Assembly (NCBI GenBank): GCA_947478395.1
Contig: CANJVR010000003.1
Coordinates: 416,001-480,000, forward strand
From: Opitutia bacterium
Lineage (GTDB): Bacteria; Verrucomicrobiota; Verrucomicrobiia; Opitutales; Opitutaceae
Direction of reading: 5' to 3'
Length of the DNA: 64,000 bases
Below, piece by piece: positions 18,670 to 27,531 of the stretch. The position numbers and the translations under genes were made by a program. Under the pieces are notes generated by a model, which made no database searches, was not told where the DNA came from, and saw only the letters and a program-made list of their open reading frames with translations. Within the stretch, counting starts at the first letter, position 1, and every line of letters begins with the position of its first letter.

Positions 18670-19923
18670 TCAGATCGTAAAGTCGAACTGATTGGGTTGC
18701 GGGCGGTCGAGGAAGCCGCGGATGAGAGCGTAGAGTTCGTCGCTCTCGAGGAGAAAAGAATCGTGGCCGAGATCGGTGGAGAGTTCGGCGTAGCTGGCGC
18801 GTTTGCCGGCGCGGAGGAGGGCGAGGGCGATGGCCCGGTTTTGCTCGGGCGGGAACAGCCAGTCGCTGGTGAAGCCGACGACGAGGGACTCAGCTTGCAC
18901 GGGCGCGAAGGCTTGCTCGAGGGAGCCGTAGGCGTGATCGAGGTCGAACTGGTCGAGGGCGCGCGTGATGTAGAGGTATGAATTCGCGTCGAAGCGGTTG
19001 ATGAACGTCTGGCCCTGATGGCGCAGGTAGCTCTCAACTTCGAACTGGAGATTGAAATCCGCTGCGGCGGCGATGCTAGGTTGGCCGCCGGCGGCGGGCG
19101 GCAGCTCCGCGCTGAGCTGTGGACTCTTGGCGCGGGATTGAATGGTGCGGCGGCCGAATTTTCGGTCCATGCTGGCGTCGCTGAGATAGGTGATGTGCGC
19201 CATCATGCGTGCGATCGCGAGGCCGACGCGCGGGCCGCCGTCGCGGGTATAATCGCCGTTGTTCCAGCCCGGATCCTGCATGATGGCCTGGCGACCGACT
19301 TCGTTGAAGGCGATCGCTTGGGCGCCTTCCCGCGCGGTGGTGGCCATCGCGAGCAGGCGGCGAGTGAAGCGGGGAAACTCGATGGCGAAGAGCATCGCGG
19401 TCATGCCGCCCATCGAGCCGCCGATCACGGTGTGGAGTTCTGCGATGCCGAGGTGGTCGAGCAGAAGTTTTTGCGCGCGCACCATGTCAAGGATGGTAAG
19501 GGCGGGGAAACGGAGGCCGTAAGGTTCGCCCGTGGCGGGATTCGTGGAAGACGGGCCGCTGGAGCCGGAGCAGCCGCCGGGAACGTTGGCGCAGACCACG
19601 AAGAAGCGGCGCGTGTCGACGGCCTTGCCGGGGCCGATGAGGTTGTTCCACCAGCCGGGTTTTTTATCGGTGGGTGAATTCCAGCCGGCGCAGTGGTGAT
19701 TGCCGCTGAGGGCGTGGCAGATGAGCACGGCGTTGTCCCGTGTGGCGTTGAGCGTGCCGTAGGTTTCGTAGCGCAGCGTGAGGCCGTCGAGCTGCTGGCC
19801 GTTCTTGAACGTGAAGGGGCGCGGATAAACGAAATCGCGCGGCACAACGAGGCCGACGTCGTCCGGCGCGAGATGGCGCGGGACGACGGGCGCGGCAGCG
19901 GAAGCCTCGGGCTCGTCGGTCAT
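18670..19923 (-). CDS. metX: Homoserine O-acetyltransferase
   Basis: YETYGTLN..RDNAVLICHALSG, GWWNNLIGPGKA.DT, GGSMGG, FDANSYL, SDWLFPP, GHDSFL. Confidence 0.95.
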   Translation of the reverse strand: MTDEPEASAAAPVVPRHLAPDDVGLVVPRDFVYPRPFTFKNGQQLDGLTLRYETYGTLNATRDNAVLICHALSGNHHCAGWNSPTDKKPGWWNNLIGPGKAVDTRRFFVVCANVPGGCSGSSGPSSTNPATGEPYGLRFPALTILDMVRAQKLLLDHLGIAELHTVIGGSMGGMTAMLFAIEFPRFTRRLLAMATTAREGAQAIAFNEVGRQAIMQDPGWNNGDYTRDGGPRVGLAIARMMAHITYLSDASMDRKFGRRTIQSRAKSPQLSAELPPAAGGQPSIAAAADFNLQFEVESYLRHQGQTFINRFDANSYLYITRALDQFDLDHAYGSLEQAFAPVQAESLVVGFTSDWLFPPEQNRAIALALLRAGKRASYAELSTDLGHDSFLLESDELYALIRGFLDRPQPNQFDFTI

Positions 19924-19975
19924 GGAGAAAACTTAATAACGAACGAGACGCGCGCGAGGCAAGAAACCAACCCGT

Positions 19976-20069
19976 GGTTTCGAGTCTTGGGCTTTGGGTT
20001 TCGCGGGGGGTGAACCGAAAATTCCCAACTGCGAAATTGCTGGGCTGAGGAACCCCGAAGCCCAAAACG
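19976..20069. repeat. Inverted pair of heptamer tandem arrays
   Basis: ggtttcg-agtcttg-ggctttg-ggtttcg (19976-20003) facing ggaaccc-cgaagcc-caaaacg (20049-20069). Confidence 0.55.
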
Positions 20070-20099
20070 GTCGCAGCCGTCCATCAGCGGCGCGGCGGA

Positions 20100-21905
20100 C
20101 TACCTCTTCTTCGGTGTTACGTTCTTCACCGGCTTGCTGCCGCTGAGCGCGTTCGCGACGGCGATGGGACCGATGGCGGGGTCTTTCAGGCGGTTGATGA
20201 TCATCATCTGCGCGATCGTGAAAAGACCGTTGGTCGTCGAATAGAGCGAGAGCGCGGCCGGCAGGTTGTAACAGAACAGCGTGAAAATCACGGGCATGAA
20301 TTTCATCATCGTGGCCTGTGTTTGATCCATCGTCGGAGACGTCGGAGTCATGCGCATCTGGACGACCATGGTGACGCCAAGCAGCAGGGGCAGAATGTTC
20401 AGCGGCAGTCCGCCGAGATGCATGATCGTATCGGGCGCGGAAAGGTCGTGCGCCCACAGGAACGGCGCGTAGCGGAGTTCCGCGGTGCTTTGCAGCATCG
20501 AATAAAAGCCGAGGAAGAACGGCATCGTCAGCAGTTGGGGCAGACAGCCGCCGACCGGGTTGACCTTACGCTCCTTGAAGAGCGCCATGGTGGCCATCTG
20601 CTGCTTCTGCGGGTTGTCCTTGAACTTCTCCTTGATGGCGGCGAGCTCCGGCTGGAGCTGCGCCATGCGTTTCATCGAACGCGTGGAGGCCACCGTGGCC
20701 GGGATGAAAAGGATCTTGAGGATGAGCGTGCTGAGCACGATCGCCAGGCCCCAGTTCGGGATCACGCTGTGCATCCAGTTCATCAACGTGACGAGCAGCT
20801 GCGCGAAGAATTTGAAAAAGCCATACTCCATGACCTTGTCCTGGTCGGCCTTGAAAACGTCGGTGTTCGCGAGTCGCTTGTATTCCTTCGGCCCGACATA
20901 GAAATTTCCCGCGAGTGCCGCCGTGCCGCCGGCCGCGAGCGGCTTGACGTCGAACTGCGCAACCCCGGCGATGCCGTAGGCGTTGTGATCGGTGTCGGGT
21001 AGCGCGGCGAGCAGCTTCACCCGCCGCGTGACGAGACCGGTGCCGGGTTCGTCGGGCGTGAGGATGCTGGCGAAGAACTGGTTTTTCACCGCGGCCCACG
21101 CGATGGGACCGCCGCTCGCGATCGACGATTGCGCTTCGCTGGCGCCGATGCCGAAGAAGCCGCTGCCACCTTCAAGTTTCGAACGCGCGATGAATTTCTG
21201 GGCGTCGGGGCCGGCGTAGCCGGTGCTGAGTTGCAGGCCGGCATCGAGGGCATTCACCGGTGCCGCGGTGCCAAGTGCGAGGCTGACCCGCAGCGGAGCG
21301 CCCGTCTGCGCGGTCAGATTCCGAAAGGTCGTCTCGTGCCGCAACTGGTAGGGATCGGATTTTTCTCCTGCGCTCGGGGCGAGGATGTACCGGCGCGTGA
21401 CCTCGAGTTTGCCGTCGAGCACGGCGCGGAAAACGATTTCCGACGCGGTTTGGGAAACGATGTCGTACCGCGTGGCGCGATCGAGGCCGGGAAATTCCGT
21501 GAACGCCAGCATCGGGTCGGCGTGAAGTTCGTTGAAGATAAACGCATCCGGCCGGCCTTGCGCGGCGGGGTATTTTTTCAGGGCGACGTCGCTGACCGCC
21601 CCGCCGAAATCCGTGAAACGCACGGCAATGAAATCATTTTCCAAAATTGTCACCTTGGCCCCCGCGTGTTCGGTGCTGGTCGCGGCGAACGCGGCCTGCG
21701 GCCCGCCGCTTACGGTGGGCGTCGCGGCGGCGCCGGTTGCGGCCGTGGCGGGAGCCGCGGCCGTGTTCGCGGTCTGCTCGGCCACCGCCGCGCGCACGGC
21801 CGCGGGCGTCGCGGGCTGGTGCGGGAACAGGCGCTGGCTGAGGTACAGACTGGCGAAGGCGGCGATGATGAAGAAGGCGCCGAGGAAGGTGTTCTTTTTG
21901 TCCAT
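20100..21905 (-). CDS. yidC: Membrane protein insertase YidC
   Basis: MDKKN N-terminal TM helix, periplasmic domain, YVGPKEY, NWGLAIV, SMKRM..LQP, NPVGGCLP, FLWAHDLSAPD. Confidence 0.96.
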   Translation of the reverse strand: MDKKNTFLGAFFIIAAFASLYLSQRLFPHQPATPAAVRAAVAEQTANTAAAPATAATGAAATPTVSGGPQAAFAATSTEHAGAKVTILENDFIAVRFTDFGGAVSDVALKKYPAAQGRPDAFIFNELHADPMLAFTEFPGLDRATRYDIVSQTASEIVFRAVLDGKLEVTRRYILAPSAGEKSDPYQLRHETTFRNLTAQTGAPLRVSLALGTAAPVNALDAGLQLSTGYAGPDAQKFIARSKLEGGSGFFGIGASEAQSSIASGGPIAWAAVKNQFFASILTPDEPGTGLVTRRVKLLAALPDTDHNAYGIAGVAQFDVKPLAAGGTAALAGNFYVGPKEYKRLANTDVFKADQDKVMEYGFFKFFAQLLVTLMNWMHSVIPNWGLAIVLSTLILKILFIPATVASTRSMKRMAQLQPELAAIKEKFKDNPQKQQMATMALFKERKVNPVGGCLPQLLTMPFFLGFYSMLQSTAELRYAPFLWAHDLSAPDTIMHLGGLPLNILPLLLGVTMVVQMRMTPTSPTMDQTQATMMKFMPVIFTLFCYNLPAALSLYSTTNGLFTIAQMMIINRLKDPAIGPIAVANALSGSKPVKNVTPKKR

Positions 21906-21919
21906 TGAAGAAAATCGGA

Positions 21920-22246
21920 TCAGCGTCGGGCGGTCGCGTTGACTTGGACGCAGGTTGGCGCGCTGCGGCGCGCTTTGGGCACGGGATCGAAACCGCCGGG
22001 ATGTAGTGGCGTGCACTTTAGCAGGCGCCGGGTGGCGAGCCAGCTGCCGGCCACCACGCCATGAACGGTGACGGCCTCCGCGGCGTAGTGCGAGCAGGTC
22101 GGAGCAAAGCGACAGCCGCAGGTGGGGCCGCCAACGATCCGGAGCGCCGGTGAAACCGCAAACTGGTAGAACCGGATGAGCTCGAGTAGCGCGGCGGCGG
22201 GTAGCCGGGCGATGCTGACGAAAAATGCAGTCCAGCGCTCAGTCAT
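21920..22246 (-). CDS. yidD: Membrane protein insertion efficiency factor YidD
   Basis: [35 protein letters not shown]. Confidence 0.93.
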   Translation of the reverse strand: MTERWTAFFVSIARLPAAALLELIRFYQFAVSPALRIVGGPTCGCRFAPTCSHYAAEAVTVHGVVAGSWLATRRLLKCTPLHPGGFDPVPKARRSAPTCVQVNATARR

Positions 22247-22622
22247 GTTTGGGCAGAACCACCACGGCTGCGGCGATCTGAGCGCAGGCGTTGATAAAAA
22301 TCTTTTCGAGTTCCGGGAAAGGGCGTTGGTTCATCGCGGCGCGGGCGATGAAAAGATAATCACAGCCGGCGGGGAGAAGAGCCTGATGCTGGCGGAAAAG
22401 TTCGCGCAGACGGCGTTTAGCGCGGTTGCGCAAAATCGCGTGGCCTACGGCGGCGGTCGAGGCGATGACGCACGCGCGCGGCCGGGAAATTTCAGCGGTC
22501 GACCCCGAGGCGCGAGGCAGCCACCAAGCGGTGAAAGCGCGGGCGTCAAAACGCCGGCCCTCGGCGCGCACGGCGCGAATCTCGTCCTGGCGGCGGAGAT
22601 GCTGCTCAGGGCGGAAACGCAT
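22239..22622 (-). CDS. rnpA: Ribonuclease P protein component
   Basis: [16 protein letters not shown] (RNR motif); lies between rpmH and yidD. Confidence 0.93.
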   Translation of the reverse strand: MRFRPEQHLRRQDEIRAVRAEGRRFDARAFTAWWLPRASGSTAEISRPRACVIASTAAVGHAILRNRAKRRLRELFRQHQALLPAGCDYLFIARAAMNQRPFPELEKIFINACAQIAAAVVVLPKHD

Positions 22623-22665
22623 GGGACCGCGGCGGTTAAACGAACGCGGACGAGCCAGCGCGGAC

Positions 22666-22803
22666 TCAGACGACGGTCAGACGCTTGCGACCCTTAAGAC
22701 GGCGGGCCTTGATGACTTTACGGCCGCCTTTAGTGGCCATACGGGCGCGGTAGCCGATCTTGCGGGCGCGTTTCTTGCGATGCGGGCGGAAGGTGGGTTG
22801 CAT
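22666..22803 (-). CDS. rpmH: 50S ribosomal protein L34
   Basis: [45 protein letters not shown]. Confidence 0.97.
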   Translation of the reverse strand: MQPTFRPHRKKRARKIGYRARMATKGGRKVIKARRLKGRKRLTVV

Positions 22804-23116
22804 GATGCGTGAGCGATTAGAGGTGACTGAAGTGCCGAACCGCTGCCGGGGTGTCAAGGCGCGGTTTGGTCCGGCAGTGGGTCGGTTCGAAATCAAGATT
22901 TTCAGCCGAGAATCTGGAATCTCCAAAACGCGCCGGGCCGGCGTTGCGGTTTCAGCCCAGTACTCATAAGGGTAACCTATTTCCGCCCGCGAGGCGCATC
23001 GCATTTCGATTTGAAGGAATCGACCCGAAAGATCCGCCAATTTGGAGCTGGGCTGGGCCTCTATTGGTCGGTCGCGCGGTCCTTTTAACCCGTAAAACCG
23101 AGACCAATCCCTCATC

Positions 23117-23232
23117 ATGAAAAACCGCCCGAAAGGCCAAGCTGGCCGCGCGGCTAAGTTCACTCCGATCAAATCGAAGGAAAGGTGGAGCAGGAAGCCG
23201 GCTAGATCTAAAGAATGTTGGATCGGGATTGA
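23117..23232 (+). pseudogene. Possible CsbD-family remnant
   Basis: [10 protein letters not shown] after a typical ccctcatcATG context, then in a shifted frame [16 protein letters not shown]. Confidence 0.4.
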
Positions 23233-23262
23233 GCGGTTTCAGTTTTCTCCTGGTCGTTTTGG

Positions 23263-23332
23263 GTCGCGGCAGGCGTTTATACCTGCCGGGTTCTGCGCCC
23301 TCGTTTCGGCAGGCAGGGACGCCTGCCGCGAC
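23263..23332. repeat. REP-like palindromic doublet
   Basis: gtcgcggcaggcgtttatacctgccg ... cggcaggcagggacgcctgccgcgac. Confidence 0.75.
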
Positions 23333-23563
23333 ATCGTTTAAGCACAACCAGGCGCGAGATTTTCGCTGGCTCCGGCTGAGAACTGACTGCGCCCCTAGGT
23401 GCGCGGGTGACATCGGTGCAGGCGGAGCCATCTTTGGGGCGTCTTTGTGGCCAACAGTTCTGGAGCTCCGGCCGAGCGAGCGCGCGAAGCACGGTAGGCG
23501 CGGTGCGTCTCGACGCGGAAAAACCGCTGTCAAACGGCGGCGAAATTGCCACGGTCCGTCGCT

Positions 23564-24001
23564 ATGCGCATCGCTGTCATCGCCGACACGCACGATTTAT
23601 TTCCGGCCACCCTTCCGTCGCGACTGCGCTCGGCGGATGAGATCTGGCATCTCGGCGACGTGTGTGCGCCCGAGACGCTCGTGGAATTCGAGCAACTGGG
23701 AAAACCGCTGCGCGTGGTGCAGGGGAACAACGATTTTTATCCGGCATGGCCGATCGCGCTCGAACTTGAACGAGAAGGTATAAAATTTTATCTGACCCAT
23801 ATTCCACCGAGGCGCGCGCCGCTGGGGTTTAACGTGGTACTGCACGGACATACTCATGTGCCCCGCGATGAGCTGGGCGCGACGGCGCGGTGGCTAAACC
23901 CCGGTTGCATCACGAGACCGAACCGCGGCGCGCCGGCGAGTTTTGCTTGGTTGACGATGGAGAAAGGGAAAAAACTCCGATGGGATCTGATACGGCTTTG
24001 A
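23564..24001 (+). CDS. Metallophosphoesterase, YfcE/MJ0936 family
   Basis: IADTHD, HLGD, GNND, HGHTHVP, LNPG. Confidence 0.9.
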   Translation: MRIAVIADTHDLFPATLPSRLRSADEIWHLGDVCAPETLVEFEQLGKPLRVVQGNNDFYPAWPIALELEREGIKFYLTHIPPRRAPLGFNVVLHGHTHVPRDELGATARWLNPGCITRPNRGAPASFAWLTMEKGKKLRWDLIRL

Positions 24002-24028
24002 AAACGCGGCCGCGTCGGCCGTTTTCGT

Positions 24029-24428
24029 TTGTCGCGGCTCGACGAAGAGACGGTGCGACTCAACATCTCCGACCATGATTGGCGCGACGCTCGCCGCTCA
24101 ATTCCAACCGGCCGATTAGGAGGCGTTGGTTTCGTGGTTCCTCGAGTGCGTCAACGGCCGGCATCGCGCGGAGGTGCAGGGAAGGGGTGGTGCGGCCATC
24201 GCACCGGCGGCGGGGACTCGCGACGCGATTGATGACGGAAATCGAGACCGGTGCCCGTGAGCATCGCGTGTGGTTGTGGTATCTCGACAGGGGCGATGGC
24301 GAGGCGAGTAACCGGGCCTTTTATGAAACGCCGGGTTTGTTTATGTCGGCGGGGTTCCTGGCTTTGCGCTCGATCCGCACGGACGGCCGGCGCCGAACGC
24401 TATTTTCTACAAGACGCTGGCGCCGTAA
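24029..24428 (+). pseudogene. Frameshifted GNAT acetyltransferase remnant
   Basis: Three frames: ..GGVGFVVP / VRPSHRRRGLATRLMTEIE...LWYLD...AFYE / YVGGVPGFALDPHGRPAPNAIFYKTLAP*. Confidence 0.7.
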
Positions 24429-24434
24429 CGGCGA

Positions 24435-25235
24435 ATGGTTTTAGTTCGCGGGAACGTGAGCCAAGAGCAGCAACAGGATTTGTTTGCAGTGTTCGCCCCG
24501 GCGCCGGGCGTGCATCACGCGCCGCCGGCGGACGTTCATCAGTTAAAGGAAAAATTAGTGTTTGAGCGGAGCCATCGTGCGCGGAACTACCGGCTGACGT
24601 TGCGGCGCGATGGCACGGCGGTGGCAACGATTCCAGCGCGCGGCTCGCAGCGTGAGGCGGAGCGTTTTGTGGCGGAGCAGATCGAATGGTTGGATCGCGC
24701 GCGCGCGCGACAACGGCGCCGGCCGCGTGCCGCCGAAGTGTGGACGCTCGGCACGCGCGTGTTGTGGCGCGGCGAGTTGGCCGCGATTCGGGCGGCCGCG
24801 GTCGGCGATTCCACGGCCCGCGCCGGGAACAGCCGGCCGCAGGTGTGCGTGTCGGCAGATGTATTTCGAGTGCCGGCGTTCGATGGCGATTTGCGTCCGA
24901 CCCTCGAGGCGCAGTTTGCGCGGCGCGCGAAAATCGAATTGCCCGCGCGCACGTGGGAACTTGCGGCGGTGACAGGAGTGGATGTGAAAAACGTGACCGT
25001 GCGCAACCAACGCTCGCGCTGGGGCTCTTGTTCAGCGACGGGAACGATTTCGTTGAACTGGCGATTGGTGCAAACGCCGGAGTTTGTGCGCGACTACATT
25101 ATTTATCACGAGCTGATGCACCTGCGGGAGATGAATCACTCGGAGCGTTTTTGGGCCCGCGTCGAGGAGGTCTGTCCGGGCTGGCGTGAGGCCGAGGCTT
25201 GGCTGAAGCGCAACGGCTCGCTGGTCGGGCTGTGA
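24435..25235 (+). CDS. M48/DUF45 (YgjP-like) metal-dependent hydrolase
   Basis: RNQRSRWGSCS..G.ISLNWRL...P..VRDYIIYHELMHLREMNHS.RFW. Confidence 0.9.
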   Translation: MVLVRGNVSQEQQQDLFAVFAPAPGVHHAPPADVHQLKEKLVFERSHRARNYRLTLRRDGTAVATIPARGSQREAERFVAEQIEWLDRARARQRRRPRAAEVWTLGTRVLWRGELAAIRAAAVGDSTARAGNSRPQVCVSADVFRVPAFDGDLRPTLEAQFARRAKIELPARTWELAAVTGVDVKNVTVRNQRSRWGSCSATGTISLNWRLVQTPEFVRDYIIYHELMHLREMNHSERFWARVEEVCPGWREAEAWLKRNGSLVGL

Positions 25236-25385
25236 CGCCAGTGTGACGTCAGTTGTTTGCGGGGAGGGAAACGCGCGGGAAAGCAGTCGGCCGCGGGTCT
25301 GAGCATAGCGCAGGGCGCGGTCCGACGCCGATGCGCCTTTCCTGCTCTCCTAGACTGCCGCGCGCCTAGGCGTTCCCCCGCGAAC

Positions 25386-25934
25386 TCAGCGGAAGTCGAT
25401 GAGTTCGACTTCGAAAATGAGCGTGGCCTTCGGTGGAATCTTCGGCGGCTGGCCCTTCAAGCCGTAGCCCAGCCAATACGGAATGATCAGGGTGCGCTTC
25501 TCGCCTTTCTTCATGGTGAGAAAAGCCTCGTCCCACCCGGCAATCACCACCCCCATGCCGACGCGAAACGTCAGGGGCACGCCGCGCTGGTACGAGCTGT
25601 CGAAGGGGGTGCCGTCGATCAGACGTCCGGCGTAATGCGCGATCACTTCTCCGCCGATCCGGGGATAACCGTCGCCGGTGCCGGGCGTGTGCTCGACCCA
25701 TTGCAAGCCGGAGGGAAATTTTTTGGCGGTGCCGTACGTTTTGGCGATCAGCATCGCGTCGTCCGTGCTGAATTGCGGTGTGGTTTCCGCGAGCGCGGCG
25801 CGCATCGCGGAGTTGATGGGGCGGCCGGGATTTTTGCGGGCGAGCATGCCCGAGCGCACGACGATCGCGATGGTCCCGAGAAGAACCCCCAGGAAGATGA
25901 GATAGAAAATACTGCGCGGAGGAGAGTAGGCCAT
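25386..25934 (-). CDS. FKBP-type peptidyl-prolyl isomerase with N-terminal membrane anchor
   Basis: HYAGRLIDGTPFDSS, VIAGWDE, GEKRTLIIP..LGYG, IPPKATLIFEVEL. Confidence 0.93.
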   Translation of the reverse strand: MAYSPPRSIFYLIFLGVLLGTIAIVVRSGMLARKNPGRPINSAMRAALAETTPQFSTDDAMLIAKTYGTAKKFPSGLQWVEHTPGTGDGYPRIGGEVIAHYAGRLIDGTPFDSSYQRGVPLTFRVGMGVVIAGWDEAFLTMKKGEKRTLIIPYWLGYGLKGQPPKIPPKATLIFEVELIDFR

Positions 25935-25985
25935 GACTGGGCCGACGAGATACGAACCGCCGGGAAAGGCAATCGCCCGGCACCG

Positions 25986-26365
25986 TCAAGGTTGGGCCGT
26001 TGATTTAGGATTGAGCCTCGCCGAAGTATTCTTCGCCTGAAGCTCCACGCGCTCACGCGCGCTGCCTACGCCGATAATACCCTTGGTGTAGGCGGATCGG
26101 CGCTCCCGCTCAGGGCACGTGCGTATGGGTGCGCACACCGCCGATGCCGCCGATCGTGATTTTCGCGGCGGTCCGTTCTTCCGTGAGCGAGAGCTCGGAA
26201 CGGCGATGCAGGTCTTCGTAGAGCGCCTCAAGCGAGGGATAAGAGGCGGGCTAGCTTGGCTTCGCCCGCGGCTTTTACCGCGCTTTACGTCGCCGCGTAA
26301 AATGGTCCGGACCGGGTGAAAGCCAGTGCGAACAGGCGCGCGCAACCGAAGTCAGGATAACTCAT
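25986..26365 (-). pseudogene. Deleted M20/M40 amidohydrolase remnant
   Basis: Minus strand YPSLEALYEDLHRRSELSLTEERTAAKI..GIGG VRT; ATG overlaps the cyclophilin stop (ATGA); internal stops and frameshifts. Confidence 0.7.
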
Positions 26366-27531
26366 TTTGATTCCAATTTAAAAATCAGCGCATCGAGCAG
26401 GGCATCGGTTTGGAGTTTTACCTGTTGGCTCGGAGGAACTGGCTGGCCCGCTGGCGCCGTTGCTTGCTGGCGCGCGAAAGCCGCATCACCGGCCGCTTGG
26501 GCGGCGGCGAGGAAGGCGTCCTTGGCGGCGTGAAACGCGCCGTCGTCGACGAGGTCGGCCGGGGCGGTCGGTCGTCCGAGAAATGCAGGGGTCGTCGCAT
26601 CGCCGATCCACACGCGCCAGTCTTTTTCGTCGGCGAAATACGCGACGACCGCGCCGCGCTGGAGCGTGCCGAGCTTTTGGGCGAGCGCGCGCATGAACTG
26701 CCCGGCCTTGGCGTCGTCCGCCGGCGGCGGCGATTTCGCGAACAGGCGTACGCGGATTTTTACGCCGGTGGCGCGTTCAAGGTTGGCGAGCTTGTAGCCG
26801 AAGGTTTTCGCGCGCGGCGGATCGGTGGGCAGGAGATGATCGGTATCGTCGAAGTACAACGCGCCGCTGGCGTCCATCGGCGCCGGCACCGCCGCCGGAT
26901 CGCTGGCCGGCGAAAGTTTGGTGCTCACCACGAGCGCAGGAAAATGAGCTTCGTCGGCCTGAAATTTTCGCGCGGCGGTTCCGATCCGTACGATGTGTAC
27001 GCTCATCGTGTCGTCCTGCTTGATCGATGGCAGAATCTCCAGCCCGCGCACCACGCGCCCGAAAACGGAGTGGAGATAGTTGAGCCGGTTGGTATCGCGC
27101 AGCGTGATAAAAAATTGCGAGCCGTTGGTGGCGGGGCCGCTGTTCGCCATCGAAAGCACACCGGCGGACGAGTGCCGAAGTCCCGGTACAAATTCGTCGG
27201 CAAACGTATAGCCCGGTCCACCTTCGCCCGTACCGAGCGGATCGCCGCCCTGCACGACAAAATCGGCGACGACGCGGTGGAATTTCAGTCCGTTGAAAAA
27301 CGGTTTGCCGGGCGCGGGCCCAAGCGTGCCCTCGGCCAGGCCGACAAAGCTCGCGACGGTGAGCGGCGCTTGGGTGAAAAACAATTCCGCGGTGAGCGTC
27401 CCCCGCGGCGTGGTGATTTCGGCGTAGAGTCCGTTGGGCAGGGCCGGGGCGGTGGCATCGGCGCCGCGCAAAGCGGCGAGCGGCGCGCCGAAAATCGCGA
27501 GGATCAGCGAAGCGCAAAGGCGGACCTTCAT
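26362..27531 (-). CDS. Secreted cyclophilin-type PPIase with TPM-like C-terminal domain
   Basis: APLTVASFVGLAEG, FHRVVADFVVQGGDP.G.G.GGPGY.F.DE, LSMANSGP.TNGSQFFIT, HSVFG. Confidence 0.9.
   Translation of the reverse strand: MKVRLCASLILAIFGAPLAALRGADATAPALPNGLYAEITTPRGTLTAELFFTQAPLTVASFVGLAEGTLGPAPGKPFFNGLKFHRVVADFVVQGGDPLGTGEGGPGYTFADEFVPGLRHSSAGVLSMANSGPATNGSQFFITLRDTNRLNYLHSVFGRVVRGLEILPSIKQDDTMSVHIVRIGTAARKFQADEAHFPALVVSTKLSPASDPAAVPAPMDASGALYFDDTDHLLPTDPPRAKTFGYKLANLERATGVKIRVRLFAKSPPPADDAKAGQFMRALAQKLGTLQRGAVVAYFADEKDWRVWIGDATTPAFLGRPTAPADLVDDGAFHAAKDAFLAAAQAAGDAAFARQQATAPAGQPVPPSQQVKLQTDALLDALIFKLESK

Noticed and set aside
19050..19145. Low-complexity insertion in MetX as a coding repeat element
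   Set aside because: This loop is naturally variable in MetX and I could not match it to another repeat in the window.
19924..20099. SAM riboswitch upstream of metX
   Set aside because: No SAM-I/II core motifs visible; the region is occupied by heptamer arrays.
23340..23500. Possible ArsR-like remnant on the minus strand
   Set aside because: Similarity too faint to support.
22804..23563. oriC upstream of rpmH
   Set aside because: No DnaA-box cluster, no AT-rich unwinding element and no dnaA.
25986..26361. Possible structured RNA (rnpB/tmRNA/6S) in the gap
   Set aside because: No conserved RNase P or tmRNA terminal motifs; better explained as an amidohydrolase remnant.
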